Origin: Rhynchopus sp. YZ270_cl-10
Lineage: Eukaryota
Reading direction: 5' to 3'
Assembly (NCBI GenBank): GCA_964035575.1
Contig: OZ037833.1
Coordinates: 1,426,001-1,490,000 of the forward strand
DNA: 64,000 nt
Each line of letters opens with the position of its first letter. Positions within the stretch are counted from its first letter, which is position 1. Below are positions 32,890-43,759 of this stretch, in pieces. The notes under the pieces were generated by a model. The model saw only the letters and a program-made list of their open reading frames with translations, was not told the origin of the DNA and did not search any database. Made by a program: the position numbers and the translations under genes.

Positions 32890-33655
32890 CTTGTGCACCC
32901 GACATACCACCCCTGGCCATATTGGTCAGGCATATTAGTAAGGGTACCTGGTCAGATCTGACCAGGCACCTGGTCACAGTGACTGGGCACAGTAGGAACC
33001 ACAGCTGAAATGGGTGGGGGCTTAAAGCCGTGTTCCAGCATGTGGTTCCTCTTTAGGTCCCAGCATGTAGTACACCCGACATACCACAGCCCAGGCCATA
33101 TTGGTAAGGCATATTAGTAGGGGCACCTGGTCACAGTGACTAGGTAGGTGCACAGAGTGGTTCCTAATCGGGCGCACAGGGGGATATTCCTAATCGGGCG
33201 CACAGGGGGGTAAAGCTAACCGGGCGCACAGGGGGATTCCTAATCGGGCGCACAGGGGGTCGGCCCGCAAACCTGATGATCATATTACCTCTGACCAGCG
33301 CACCGGCCATACTGACTTACATGTTTATTTACTGGGAATTTTGTGAAGAAATAAACATGTAAGTCAGGTTGGGTTTATGAACCTGTTGTAGTCCTAACCT
33401 GACTTACATGGTTATGAAAAACCTGACTTACATGGTTATTAACCCAGGGAATTTTGTGAACAAATAAACATGTAAGTCAGGTTTTTCATAAACACGTAAG
33501 TCAAGCCAAAAACATGTGGCCATACTGACTTACATGTTTATGAACTGGGATTTTTGTGAATAAATACACATGTAAGTCAGCATGGGTTTATAAACATGAT
33601 CATCAAATTTTTTTTCGATTGTGACGGAAGTTGTGACTGAACTGACTTACCATGT
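32890..33655. mobile_element. Decayed repeat/transposon complex including element-B-type end at 33305
   Basis: GGGCGCACAGGGGG repeats, then GGCCATACTGACTTACATG and multiple TGACTTACATG motifs. Confidence 0.6.
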
Positions 33656-33819
33656 CGAGCAAAAACCCGCATCAGACAAAAAAAAAATTTCTCCACTAAG
33701 AATCCTTACGCAAGAAAGAGTACACATCATTTCCACTTTTTCGTTTTGAACGAGTTTGTGACCGACCTGAAACCGTCCGAAACCATATTGTTTTGCTTTT
33801 TCCAATCGCAAAAAGAGAG

Positions 33820-33890
33820 TGCGTAATCCGGGAATCGAACCCGGGCCGACCCCGTGGCGGGGGGCCATTCTACCACTAGACCAATTACGC
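33820..33890 (-). tRNA. tRNA-Gly: tRNA-Gly(GCC), C33
   Basis: Loop CCGCCAC. Confidence 0.9.
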
Positions 33891-34006
33891 TACGATATTA
33901 GTCGAAATTGTGCTCGAGTTGCCGCTCGTTGCATGGTTGAAAAATATTTCACAATATCCCTCGAAATAAAACCCTTTCTGAGATCCCAATAAGTGGGAAT
34001 ATTCAA

Positions 34007-34078
34007 GCGGTTATGGTTTAGTGGTTAGAACACCCGTTTGTGGCACGGGAGACCCGAGTTCAATTCTCGGTAACCGCT
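34007..34078 (+). tRNA. tRNA-His: tRNA-His(GUG)
   Basis: Loop TTGTGGC. Confidence 0.94.
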
Positions 34079-34166
34079 TTTTTAGCTGTACAATCAACCG
34101 TCTAAATTTTTTTTCAACTCCAAAAATATGCAGGCCACATAAAAAATACTATTGCCTAAAGACATG

Positions 34167-34238
34167 GACCGTGTGGCTCAATGGAAGAGCGCCTGACCAC
34201 GGATCAGGCGGTTGCAGGTTCGAGTCCTGCCACGGTTG
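34167..34238 (+). tRNA. tRNA-Arg: tRNA-Arg(ACG), C33
   Basis: Loop CCACGGA. Confidence 0.92.
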
Positions 34239-34327
34239 CTTCTTTTTTTAGGCAATTTGAAGAATTTGAAATTATTTTCATTTTGAAATCGCCCCTCACA
34301 AAGAAAACACTTTGCATGAAAGTAACA

Positions 34328-34399
34328 GCACTTATGGTATAACGGTTAGTATTCTCGCCTTCCAAGCGAGCGGCCCGGGTTCGACTCCCGGTAAGTGCA
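34328..34399 (+). tRNA. tRNA-Gly: tRNA-Gly(UCC)
   Basis: Loop CTTCCAA. Confidence 0.95.
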
Positions 34400-34687
34400 G
34401 TTCTTTTTTTAAAGGGGGAAGCAAAATTTTCATGTTCAGAAAATTTTTTCTGAAATGTCAGCTTTTCAAAGAATTTCCAGTTTTCAAGTTTTTCCTTCAA
34501 AAATTTTTCAAGGTTCTTATGGGTGGGTTGACTACCAAAAAATCCAAAATCCCGGGGTGACCCCTTCCCACTGGACCCAATGTTTTTATCTGTTGTGACT
34601 GTAACTTGTCACTGTAATTCATTTGACACCAACCTCTCACTTTTTTGTGTTTTCAAAAAAGTTCAAAAAAACAATGTTCAAAAAGTT

Positions 34688-34760
34688 AACCCCGTGCGGG
34701 ACTCGAACCCGCAACCTTTGGATTCGAAGTCCAACGCGCTATCCATTGCGCCAACGGGGC
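34688..34760 (-). tRNA. tRNA-Arg: tRNA-Arg(UCG)
   Basis: Loop CTTCGAA. Confidence 0.95.
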
Positions 34761-34822
34761 CTGATTTGATTTTCATCAGAAAAGAAACGAAACAATGAGT
34801 GGGAGCCCTGTACAAAAAAGAA

Positions 34823-34894
34823 TTCCCCGGCCGGGAATTGAACCCGGGTCTTCCGCGTGACAGGCGGAAATACTGACCTCTATACTACCGAGGA
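34823..34894 (-). tRNA. tRNA-Asp: tRNA-Asp(GUC), intact (empty allele of 62868)
   Basis: Loop CTGTCAC. Confidence 0.95.
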
Positions 34895-34993
34895 TACAAT
34901 CTTCACTCTGATTTATTTTCGCGGATTAAAATGGTCTAAAATGAGCACAGAAATGACGAAAATGCATGAAAATTTGTGAACAAAAAAATGAAT

Positions 34994-35075
34994 CGCAGTC
35001 GGCAGGACTTGAACCTGCGCGGGCAGAGCCCAATGGATTTCTAGTCCACCTCCGTAACCACTTGGATACGACTGC
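34994..35075 (-). tRNA. tRNA-Ser: tRNA-Ser(AGA)
   Basis: Loop CTAGAAA. Confidence 0.95.
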
Positions 35076-35153
35076 TGTAATTCTCACCGTTCTTTGTTTT
35101 TAGGCAGTCATCTGTTTGCAGAAAATAATCTGGAACACGAAAACGAAAAAAAA

Positions 35154-35237
35154 TCCTCTCGGCCGGAATCGAACCAGCGACCGCTCGATAACCGAGTATT
35201 CTACAGTCGAGCGCTCTACCAATTGAGCTACGAGAGG
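35154..35237 (-). tRNA. tRNA-Tyr: tRNA-Tyr(GUA) with 11-nt intron (35190-35200)
   Basis: CTGTAG|AATACTCGGTT|ATCGAG at canonical 37/38 position. Confidence 0.93.
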
Positions 35238-35361
35238 TTCTACAACTGTCATTGTTTTCACAGAAGCCCATAAAATTTTTTGGCTCAAAAAAATTTTTTT
35301 GCCACACAAACCTGTAGAAATTTGCACCCCATGTATTTCTTAATGATACGATAATATCAAG

Positions 35362-35434
35362 GCGAGGTTGGCGCAGTCGGGAGCGCGTAGGTCCCATAAT
35401 CCTAAGGTCGTCAGTTCGATCCTGGCACCTCGCA
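35362..35434 (+). tRNA. tRNA-Met: Elongator tRNA-Met(CAU), C33
   Basis: Loop CCCATAA, TTCGATC T-loop. Confidence 0.9.
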
Positions 35435-35519
35435 CTTTTTTGTGTGTCTTTTTCCTTTGTGTGGGATTTTCAGCAAAATTTCCACCTTCATGCTAAACGC
35501 ATTGAAGCCCTAAATCATG

Positions 35520-35590
35520 GGCCCTATGGTGTAGCGGTAGCACTATGGATTCCAAATCCATCAACGGCGGTTCGATTCCGTCTAGGGTCA
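35520..35590 (+). tRNA. tRNA-Trp: tRNA-Trp(CCA)
   Basis: Loop TTCCAAA, 5-bp anticodon stem. Confidence 0.93.
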
Positions 35591-35672
35591 TTTCTTTTTT
35601 TACACACTTTCCTTTCTGTGTTGTCTTGAAAAACTTCTTCGCAGGAGAAACAGCAAAAGCATCTTAATCAGC

Positions 35673-35744
35673 GGCGATTTAGCTCAGTGGCAGAGCATTG
35701 GTCTTGTAAACCAAGGGTCGGGGGTTCGATCCCCCCAGTTGCCT
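35673..35744 (+). tRNA. tRNA-Thr: tRNA-Thr(UGU)
   Basis: Loop CTTGTAA. Confidence 0.95.
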
Positions 35745-35841
35745 TTCTATTTTTTGGTGATGTGATGTGATGTGGTTGTGCTGAAGAAGCAGCAACTGAG
35801 CACTGGATGTGACAGGCAGGAACGCAGAAGGGAGATGGCCT

Positions 35842-36249
35842 GGCCGTACTCCAGTACAGGCCCGAGCGAGTGCTCACAGAATGGGCTCCAAAAACCAGCA
35901 CAGAATGGAATGGCTGGAGACTTATAGGCTTACTGTAAGGATTTGTTAGGAGTGGAAAAAAAAACTCCTGACCCGGGTATTGAATTTTCAGATCATTTTC
36001 TCAGTCACAATGCAAGCACAGAATGGAAACGAAAAACCAGCACAGAATGGAATGGCTGGAGTCTTATAGCCGTGTTCCATTCTGTGCTTGGTTTTGGTTT
36101 CCATTCTGTGCTTGCATTGTGACTGAGAAAATGATCCGAAAATTCAATAGCCAGGTCAGGAGTTTTTCCATCTGAATTATGGATTGCTAAGGATTTCCCA
36201 GCCATTCCATTCTGTGCTGGATTCCACCATTCTGTACTGGTGAGTCGCC
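35842..36249 (-). mobile_element. 408-bp MITE-like derivative of element A
   Basis: Ends GGCCGTACTCCAGTACAG / CTGTACTGGTGAGTCGCC; no 8-bp TSD, not inside a tRNA. Confidence 0.85.
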
Positions 36250-36559
36250 AAGAAGCGGCAGCTGAGCACACTGGACATGCCCAGAAAGGAGATAAGTTGT
36301 GGGGCTGAAACGTGCTATCCCCAGCAAAAGGGTCTGGCACTTTTCGCGAGTGGAAGCAGTTCACACCTGGTTGAACGCAAAACCTACACCGGTCGGTGGG
36401 AGTCCTGTGTTGGTTCGGAAAACACATATTTTCACCCAAATTCCACTCTCAACTTGCCAACGAAACAGAACTGAGATCAAGTGGAGGAAATATTTTTTGG
36501 TTTTCATTTGCCTCAAAATCTCAGAAACCTGCAAAATCGTAAACATTCAAAAAGAAAAG

Positions 36560-36632
36560 CACCTCCCGCGGGGCTCGAACCCGCGACCACAAGGTTAAGG
36601 GCCTTGCGCTCTACCGACTGAGCTAGGGAGGC
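36560..36632 (-). tRNA. tRNA-Lys: tRNA-Lys(CUU), C33
   Basis: Loop CCCTTAA. Confidence 0.92.
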
Positions 36633-36740
36633 TCACATTCATTTAAACCAAAGAATCATTGTGGGGGGTGGTCATGCAGAAAAGTCTCTTGTCCTAAATT
36701 TGACCACCCCAGAGAAAAGGAAAGAAGGTAAAACTATTAG

Positions 36741-36813
36741 GCCCGTGTAGCCCAATGGATAAGGCGTTCGCTTCCTAAGCGAAAGATTGTGGGTTCGATC
36801 CCCACCATGGGTA
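36741..36813 (+). tRNA. tRNA-Arg: tRNA-Arg(CCU)
   Basis: Loop TTCCTAA. Confidence 0.94.
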
Positions 36814-37027
36814 TTCTCTTTTTCACTGGGAAGTGAAAATATGGAAAATGATTTTTCAAGATTCTCTCACCATCTTGGGATTTTGGTGACAACAAAGATA
36901 TGGCAAAATACTTTCACAAAAATGCACTTTTCCAAACTTCCTCATCTTGGGATTTTGGTGGTCGAAAAGATGTGGAAATAATTTTTCTAAACAATTCCCA
37001 AGCAAGAAACTACCTAAATAAAAAGAG

Positions 37028-39536
37028 GGGCTCAGCAGGGAATCGAACCCTGGACCTCTCGCACCCGAAGCGAGAATCATGGCGACTCACCAGTACAGAA
37101 TGGTGGAATCCAGCACAGAATGGTGACCCAAAAACCAGCACAGAATGGACGGACTCAGACTTGACCCACTTACAGGCCAAAAAAAATTTTTCTACACAAA
37201 AAATTTTTTTTTTCACAGAGCAAGATTTTTGAGAAAATTTTTCAGGCCAAAACTTTGTCTAACCTGAAAATGACAAAAAGTTTCACCTACACCAGCCAGT
37301 TAACACAACCTAGAACCAGATAACGCTGCCCGAACCCCGCGCACCCGCACAACCACACGAACCAGCTAGTGACCGCAAACCCGCGCACCCGTCAACCCGC
37401 AAACCCGCACAACCACCAGCCAGATAACGCAACCTAGAACCAGTAGGTTCCCGCACACCCGCACCCAAGAGCCAGCTTATCGACCACACGAACCAGCTAG
37501 GGACCGCAAACCCGCGCACCCGTCAACCCGCAAACCCGCACAACCACCAGCCAGATAACGCAACCTAGAACCAGCAGGGTCCCGTGCACCCGCACCCACC
37601 AGCCAGCTTATTAACCACACGAACAACAAAAACTGCACCCTCTGGGGTTTGAACCTCCGACCAGTAGTAATATGTAGTGTGCGGAACCTGTGTGGTAACC
37701 ACTAGGACACTATCTCTACTTTAATGGAAATCCTTATTGCTGACGAAGCATCCAAGTGGGCACCACAAGGGTTGTTCACATTCTATTTTCCCAGTGGTCG
37801 GAGGTTCAAACCCCAGAAGCAGCAGTTTTTGTTTCCCCTAACAAATCCTTAAGGAAAAGTGAATTATGGATTGCTAAGGATTTCCCAGCCATTCCATTCT
37901 GTGCTGGTGTTTCAGAAAAGTGCACTTTTTCGTTACGAACCAAAAAAGTGCACTTTTCTGAATCACCAGCACAGAATGGAATGGCTGGGAAATCCTTAGC
38001 AATCCATAATTCACTTTTCCCTAAGGATTTGTTAGGGGAAACAAAAACTGCTGGTTCTGGGGTTTGAACCTACGACACCGAAGAAACTCTTATGTTTGGA
38101 ATCTGTGTGCTACACACTGGGACACTTAGTCCGCCTTAGTGAAAATCCTTATGCAAGACAAAGTATCCAAGTGAGTACTACACAGGTTCCGTGCACTGTA
38201 TGAAATTGGTGGTCGGAGGTTCAAACCCCAGAACCAGCAGTTTTTGTTTCCCTTAGCAAATCCTTAAGGAAAAGTGAATTATGGATTGCTAAGGAGTTCC
38301 CAGCCATTCCATTCTGTGCTGGTGTTTCAGAAAAGTGCACTTTTTCGTTACGAACCAAAAAAGTGCACTTTTCTGAATCACCAGCACAGAATGGAATGGC
38401 TGGGGAATCCTTAAGGATCCATAATTCACTTTTCCCCTAGCAAATCCTTAGGGAAAAGTGAATTATGGATTGCTAAGGATTTCCCAGCCATTCCATTCTG
38501 TGCTGGTGTTTCAGAAAAGTGCACTTTTTTGGTTCGTAACGAAAAAGTGCACTTTTCTGAAACACCAGCACAGAATGGAATGGCTGGGAAATCCTTAAGG
38601 ATCCATAATTCACTTTTCCTTAAGGATTTGTTAGGGGAAACAAAAACTGCTGGTTCTGGGGTTTGAACCTACGACACCGAAGAAACTCTTATGTATGAAA
38701 CCTGTGTGCTACACACTGGGACACTTAGTCCGCCTTAGTGAAAATCCTTATGCAAGACAAAGTATCCAAGTGAGTACTACACAGGTTCCGTGCACTGTAT
38801 GAAATTGGTGGTCGGAGGTTCCAACCCCAGAACCAGCAGTTTTTGTTTCCCTTAGCAAATCCTTAAGGAAAAGTGAATTATGGATCACTCAGGATTTCCC
38901 AGCCATTCCATTCTGTGCTGGTGTTTCAGAAAAGTGCACTTTTTTGGTTCGGAACGAAAAAGTGCACTTTTTTGAAACACCAGCACAGAATGGAATGGCT
39001 GGGGAATCCTTAAGGATCCATAATTCACTTTTCCTTAAGGATTTGTTAGGGGAAAAGTGAATTATGGATTGCTAAGGATTCCCCAGCTATTCCATTCTGT
39101 GCTGGTGTTTCAGAAAAGTGCACTTTTTGGTTCGTAACGAAAAAGTGTACTTTTTTGAAACACCAGCACAGAATGGAATGGCTGCGGAATCCTGAGCAAT
39201 CCATAATTCACTTTTCCTTAAGGATTTGTTAGGAGAGGAAAAAAAACTCCTGACCCGGGTATTGAATTTCGGATCATTTTCTCAGTCAAAATGCCAGCAC
39301 AGAATGGAAACGAAAAGCCAGTACAGAATGGAAATCAAAAATTTTCTGAAAAACCAGCACAGAATGGAAACGAAAAGCCAGCACAGAATGGAACACGGCT
39401 ATAAGGCTCCGACTATTCCATTCTGTGCTGGTTTTTCGTTTCCATTCTGTGCTGGTTTTTTTGGGCCCATTCTGTGCCAAATTTTGCGGGCCTGTACTGG
39501 AGGATGGCCAGAATCATGCCACTAGACCACTAAGCC
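37028..39536 (-). pseudogene. tRNA-Pro: tRNA-Pro(CGG) split by element A
   Basis: 3' part 37028-37080, 5' part 39510-39536; loop TTCGGGT. Confidence 0.94.
37081..39509 (+). mobile_element. Element A, copy 2 (2429 bp)
   Basis: Same ends as 24705-27133; TSD AGAATCAT at 37073 and 39510. Confidence 0.94.
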
Positions 39537-39630
39537 ACTGATTATTTTCTTCATCCAGATTTACATGATGGCGTTAATATTCAAAAGTCAGAAATTCTTC
39601 TCTCCAAAACTTGGTCTAAAAAAAGGTATT

Positions 39631-41177
39631 TTCCGCTGCGGGGAATTGGCGACTCACCAGTACAGAATGGTGGAATCCAGCACAGAATGGTGACCCAAAA
39701 ACCAGCACAGAATGGACGGACTCAGACTTGACCCACTTACAGGCCAAAAAAAATTTTTCTACACAAAAAATTTTTTTTTTCACAGAGCAAGATTTTTGAG
39801 AAAATTTTTCAGGCCAAAACTTTGTCTCACCTGAAAATGACAAAAAGTTTCACCTACACCAGCCAGTTAACACAACCTAGAACCAGATAACGCTGCCCGA
39901 ACCCCGCGCACCCGCACAACCACACGAACCAGCTAGTGACCGCAAACCCGCGCACCCGTCAACCCGCAAACCCGCACAACCACCAGCCAGATAACGCAAC
40001 CTAGAACCAGCAGGGTCCCGTGCACCCGCACCCACCAGCCAGCTTATTAACCACACGAACAACAAAAACTGCACCCTCTGGGGTTTGAACCTCCGACCAG
40101 TAGTAATATGTAGTGTGCGGAACCTGTGTGGTAACCACTAGGACACTATCTCTACTTTAATGGAAATCCTTATTGCTGACGAAGCATCCAAGTGGGCACC
40201 ACAAGGGTTGTTCACATTCTATTTTCCCAGTGGTCGGAGGTTCAAACCCCAGAAGCAGCAGTTTTTGTTTCCCCTAACAAATCCTTAAGGAAAAGTGAAT
40301 TATGGATTGCTAAGGATTTCCCAGCCATTCCATTCTGTGCTGGTGTTTCAGAAAAGTGCACTTTTTCGTTACGAACCAAAAAAGTGCACTTTTCTGAATC
40401 ACCAGCACAGAATGGAATGGCTGGGAAATCCTTAGCAATCCATAATTCACTTTTCCTTAAGGATTTGTTAGGGGAAAATTGAATTATGGATTGCTAAGGA
40501 TTCCCCAGCTATTCCATTCTGTGCTGGTGTTTCAGAAAAGTGCACTTTTTGGTTCGTAACGAAAAAGTGTACTTTTTTGAAACACCAGCACAGAATGGAA
40601 TGGCTGCGGAATCCTGAGCAATCCATAATTCACTTTTCCTTAAGGATTTGTTAGGGGAAAAGTGAATTATGGATTGCTAAGGATTCCCCAGCTATTCCAT
40701 TCTGTGCTGGTGTTTCAGAAAAGTGCACTTTTTGGTTCGTAACGAAAAAGTGTACTTTTTTGAAACACCAGCACAGAATGGAATGGCTGCGGAATCCTGA
40801 GCAATCCATAATTCACTTTTCCTTAAGGATTTGTTAGGAGAGGAAAAAAAGCTCCTGACCCGGGTATTGAATTTCGGATCATTTTCTCAGTCAAAATGCC
40901 AGCACAGAATGGAAACGAAAAGCCAGTACAGAATGGAAATCAAAAATTTTCTGAAAAACCAGCACAGAATGGAAACGAAAAGCCAGCACAGAATGGAACA
41001 CGGCTATAAGGCTCCGACTATTCCATTCTGTGCTGGTTTTTCGTTTCCATTCTGTGCTGGTTTTTTTGGGCCCATTCTGTGCCAAATTTTGCGGGCCTGT
41101 ACTGGAGGATGGCCGGGGAATTGAACCCCGGTCTGCCGGGTGAGAGCCGGCTGTTCTAACCACTATACTACAGCGGA
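39631..41177 (-). pseudogene. tRNA-Glu: tRNA-Glu(CUC) split by element A in the B box
   Basis: 3' part 39631-39647, 5' part 41115-41177; loop CTCTCAC. Confidence 0.93.
39648..41114 (+). mobile_element. Element A, shorter copy (1467 bp)
   Basis: Same ends; TSD GGGGAATT at 39640 and 41115; fewer internal modules. Confidence 0.93.
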
Positions 41178-41267
41178 TCTGATAGTAGGCAAAACTATTA
41201 TCTGCATGGGGACATCTTTTCGATCGTTGCATTGAACGAAAATGTGAAGGAAAGTTCAAAAAGAAAT

Positions 41268-41340
41268 TACAGCTAGTCGGGATTGAACCGACGATCTCTC
41301 GCGTGTGAGGCGAGCGTCCTAACCACTAGACGATAGCTGC
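41268..41340 (-). tRNA. tRNA-Val: tRNA-Val(CAC)
   Basis: Loop CTCACAC. Confidence 0.95.
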
Positions 41341-41404
41341 TACAATAATGACCGGAACTGTTTTCCACAAGAGGTGGGTTTTCTGCGGAAAAATGGTAAT
41401 AACG

Positions 41405-41486
41405 TGACGAGAGTGGGGTTTGAACCCACGCCTCCGAAGAGACCAGGGCCTAAACCTGGCGCCTTAGACCGCTCGGCCATCTCGCC
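41405..41486 (-). tRNA. tRNA-Leu: tRNA-Leu(UAG)
   Basis: Loop TTTAGGC. Confidence 0.95.
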
Positions 41487-41545
41487 TTCCCAGTTTTTTC
41501 TGACTTTTGCAAAGAACAGAAAATGGTTTGAGAAGGGAAAAAAGT

Positions 41546-41618
41546 CTCCTCCTGTTGGGTTCGAACCAACGACCTGCAGGTTAACAGCCTGACGCGCTAC
41601 CGACTGCGCCAAGGAGGA
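41546..41618 (-). tRNA. tRNA-Asn: tRNA-Asn(GUU)
   Basis: Loop CTGTTAA. Confidence 0.95.
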
Positions 41619-41707
41619 CCTGACAAGTGTGCTTTTTGTGTTTTGCACAATCTTGAAAACAAAACAAAAGGGATAGATTGAAAATGAAAATGAAAAAGAA
41701 TAACAAG

Positions 41708-41789
41708 TGACGAGAGTGGGGTTTGAACCCACGCCCCCGAAGGGACCAGGGCCTTAACCTGGCGCCTTAGACCACTCGGCCATCTCGCC
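41708..41789 (-). tRNA. tRNA-Leu: tRNA-Leu(AAG)
   Basis: Loop TTAAGGC. Confidence 0.95.
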
Positions 41790-41882
41790 TTCAATAAAAG
41801 CCAACAAGAATATGGAAGTGGGAATGCGTTTCAACCAGTCACAGAGGAGAATAACAAGGGACGAAACGGAGAAAAAGGAAAG

Positions 41883-41954
41883 TTCTCCTACGCGGATTCG
41901 AACCGCGGTCGCGAGATTCAGAGTCTCGAGTGCTAACCACTACACCATAGGAGA
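41883..41954 (-). tRNA. tRNA-Gln: tRNA-Gln(CUG)
   Basis: Loop CTCTGAA. Confidence 0.94.
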
Positions 41955-42045
41955 TACAATTCTGTCGCTTCCTTCTTTTTCTTTGGTACCAAAAAGAATT
42001 GAGATCTGGAAATATCACAACAGTGTTTCCAAGCCAAAAAATGTT

Positions 42046-42118
42046 TGGAGATTGAGGGTATCGATCCCTCTACCTCTCGCATGCTGAGCGAGCGCTCTAC
42101 CATTTGAGCTAAACCCCC
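42046..42118 (-). tRNA. tRNA-Ala: tRNA-Ala(AGC), C33
   Basis: Loop TCAGCAT, G3:U70. Confidence 0.92.
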
Positions 42119-42212
42119 TTACATTTCTTAAACGAATCTTTACAAGGTGGGGATGAAATTCAAAACCAAAAGGGGAAAAGTAACACACAGAAAATCTTGA
42201 AACAAAAAAGAG

Positions 42213-42284
42213 AGGGCACACCCGGGTTCGAACCAGGGACCGTTCGGACTGCAGCCGAATGCTCTACCACTGAGCTATATACCC
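42213..42284 (-). tRNA. tRNA-Cys: tRNA-Cys(GCA)
   Basis: Loop CTGCAGT, U73. Confidence 0.95.
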
Positions 42285-42367
42285 TTCAATAATCATGCTT
42301 TGCGCTGAATACTATCAGTTCACTTTTCAACCAACTTCTGTGTGTTACACCACAAATAAGGAAAAAA

Positions 42368-42486
42368 GGATTCAAGCACCCGGACTTCCCAGCTGGTCAC
42401 CCACGCCAGTACTATCCAGGCCTGCTGGTGCTTAACTTCTCAAATCAGGCGGGATGAGGTGTATTCACCAGAGTATGGCCGAATCC
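42368..42486 (-). rRNA. 5S: 5S rRNA
   Basis: Reverse complement of 21636-21754. Confidence 0.96.
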
Positions 42487-42633
42487 AATAATGGGTCTGG
42501 GTGGAAAACCTTTGAAGAGCTTTATATTTCTGAGCTTGTTTTTGCTTCACTTGTGCAAAAGGTCTTGGGTGTTGCATGGTACAGGAAACTTTATTTGTCT
42601 CCCCTGTTCCGCTGCACTCTGCATTAGGTCATT

Positions 42634-43005
42634 TCACCTAAAATAAGGCCAGTTTGCGATCTTCTTGGAGTATCTTGGTGTCCAGTACAGTGTTTCTGGC
42701 ATTGTGGACTTGCATGTTGTACAGGGCAACTGCCTGGGAATTAGTCCCACTTCTTGCAACAGTTTAGCTATTTCGGCATCCCCAGCGCGCATGATATTAA
42801 GCACAGGAGAATTTTTGGCTGCAGGTGCGCACGTCCCTTCTGGGGAGTATGGATGCCTCTTCCTCAGTTTTTGTTGTGCATTTTTGCACCTTTGCGCTCA
42901 TCTCCATCTCACCAAAGGTGAAATTGTGAATGCTGTCATGCAGCATTCACATTCCAGCATGCTCCTGTAGGCTGAAGCACCGTCGGTGGTGTAGTCTCCC
43001 CTCAT
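42634..43005 (-). pseudogene. Possible decayed Zn-ribbon transposase fragment (Merlin/IS1595-like)
   Basis: Frame MRGDYTTDGASAY..CECC..RWR*AQRC..AKLLQEVGLIPRQLPCTTCKSTM..WPYFR*; two TGA stops. Confidence 0.35.
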
Positions 43006-43122
43006 TTCTGCTCTCTGGATAGTGCAACAAACACAGGGATACAAGACAGGGTTGTCTTGTTGGAGGTGGGTCAGGGTCTGGATGTCCTAAAACCACACAC
43101 CAACACGGAAGAAAAGCAAAAA

Positions 43123-43241
43123 GGATTCAAGCACCCGGACTTCCCAGCTGGTCACCCACGCCAGTACTATCCAGGCCTGCTGGTGCTTAACTTCTCAAAT
43201 CAGGCGGGATGAGGTGCATTCACCAGAGTATGGCCGAATCC
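43123..43241 (-). rRNA. 5S: 5S rRNA
   Basis: One substitution relative to other copies. Confidence 0.95.
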
Positions 43242-43526
43242 AATACTGAGTCAGGTTCGAAAACCTTTGAAGAGCTTTTTATTTCTGAGCTTGTTTTTGC
43301 TTCGGTTGTGAAAACCGGTTTGTGGGTCAGCAGGTTTAACAAGTTTGGCCAGTCCTTAGCACAGCACTTAGTGCGCTGCACTACTGCATCGGAGCAGGTG
43401 CCTGTGTGCTCACAGGTCACCACTCAGTGGTCGATCCCTCTAGACCAGTGTGCTGGGTTTACTGGGTTTACTGGGTAACATGATGGTTTGTGTGATCACG
43501 TTTGTTTTGGTTTGTTTGTTTAAAAA

Positions 43527-43688
43527 GGCGGGTTTGTGCAAAGCACAGCACCGCCGCTGTCAAAAATTTCACTGTGCAAGCCAGCCGAAGCTAGTGCCAC
43601 CAGTATCCCCTGCGCAGTGCAATGCAAGGGCCACTGGTGTGTCGACGCCCTTGTTGATCAGGTCAGACACCAGTAAGGTATGTAACCT
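43527..43688 (-). ncRNA. U1: U1 snRNA with variant 5' arm
   Basis: Loop I GATCAACAAG, loop II ATTGCAC, helix H TTACTG/CAGTGA, Sm site AATTTTTG; start 43681-43688. Confidence 0.9.
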
Positions 43689-43759
43689 CTAGCTGAGTTT
43701 AACAACATGCGAAACTCCAACACCTTCAGGGAAGCGTAGTGGTTGTCAAGACTTAAAAA

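Noticed and set aside
35520..35590. tRNA-Trp as a UGA-readthrough (4-bp anticodon stem) variant
   Set aside because: The anticodon stem has five normal pairs, and no suppressor anticodons were seen in the set.
36250..36430. Hairpin-rich stretch as tRNA-Sec
   Set aside because: No UCA anticodon arm or long acceptor stem could be built.
43300..43480. Chain of small hairpins between 5S and U1 as another RNA gene
   Set aside because: Single copy, weak promoter match and no clear 3' signal; not supportable from sequence alone.
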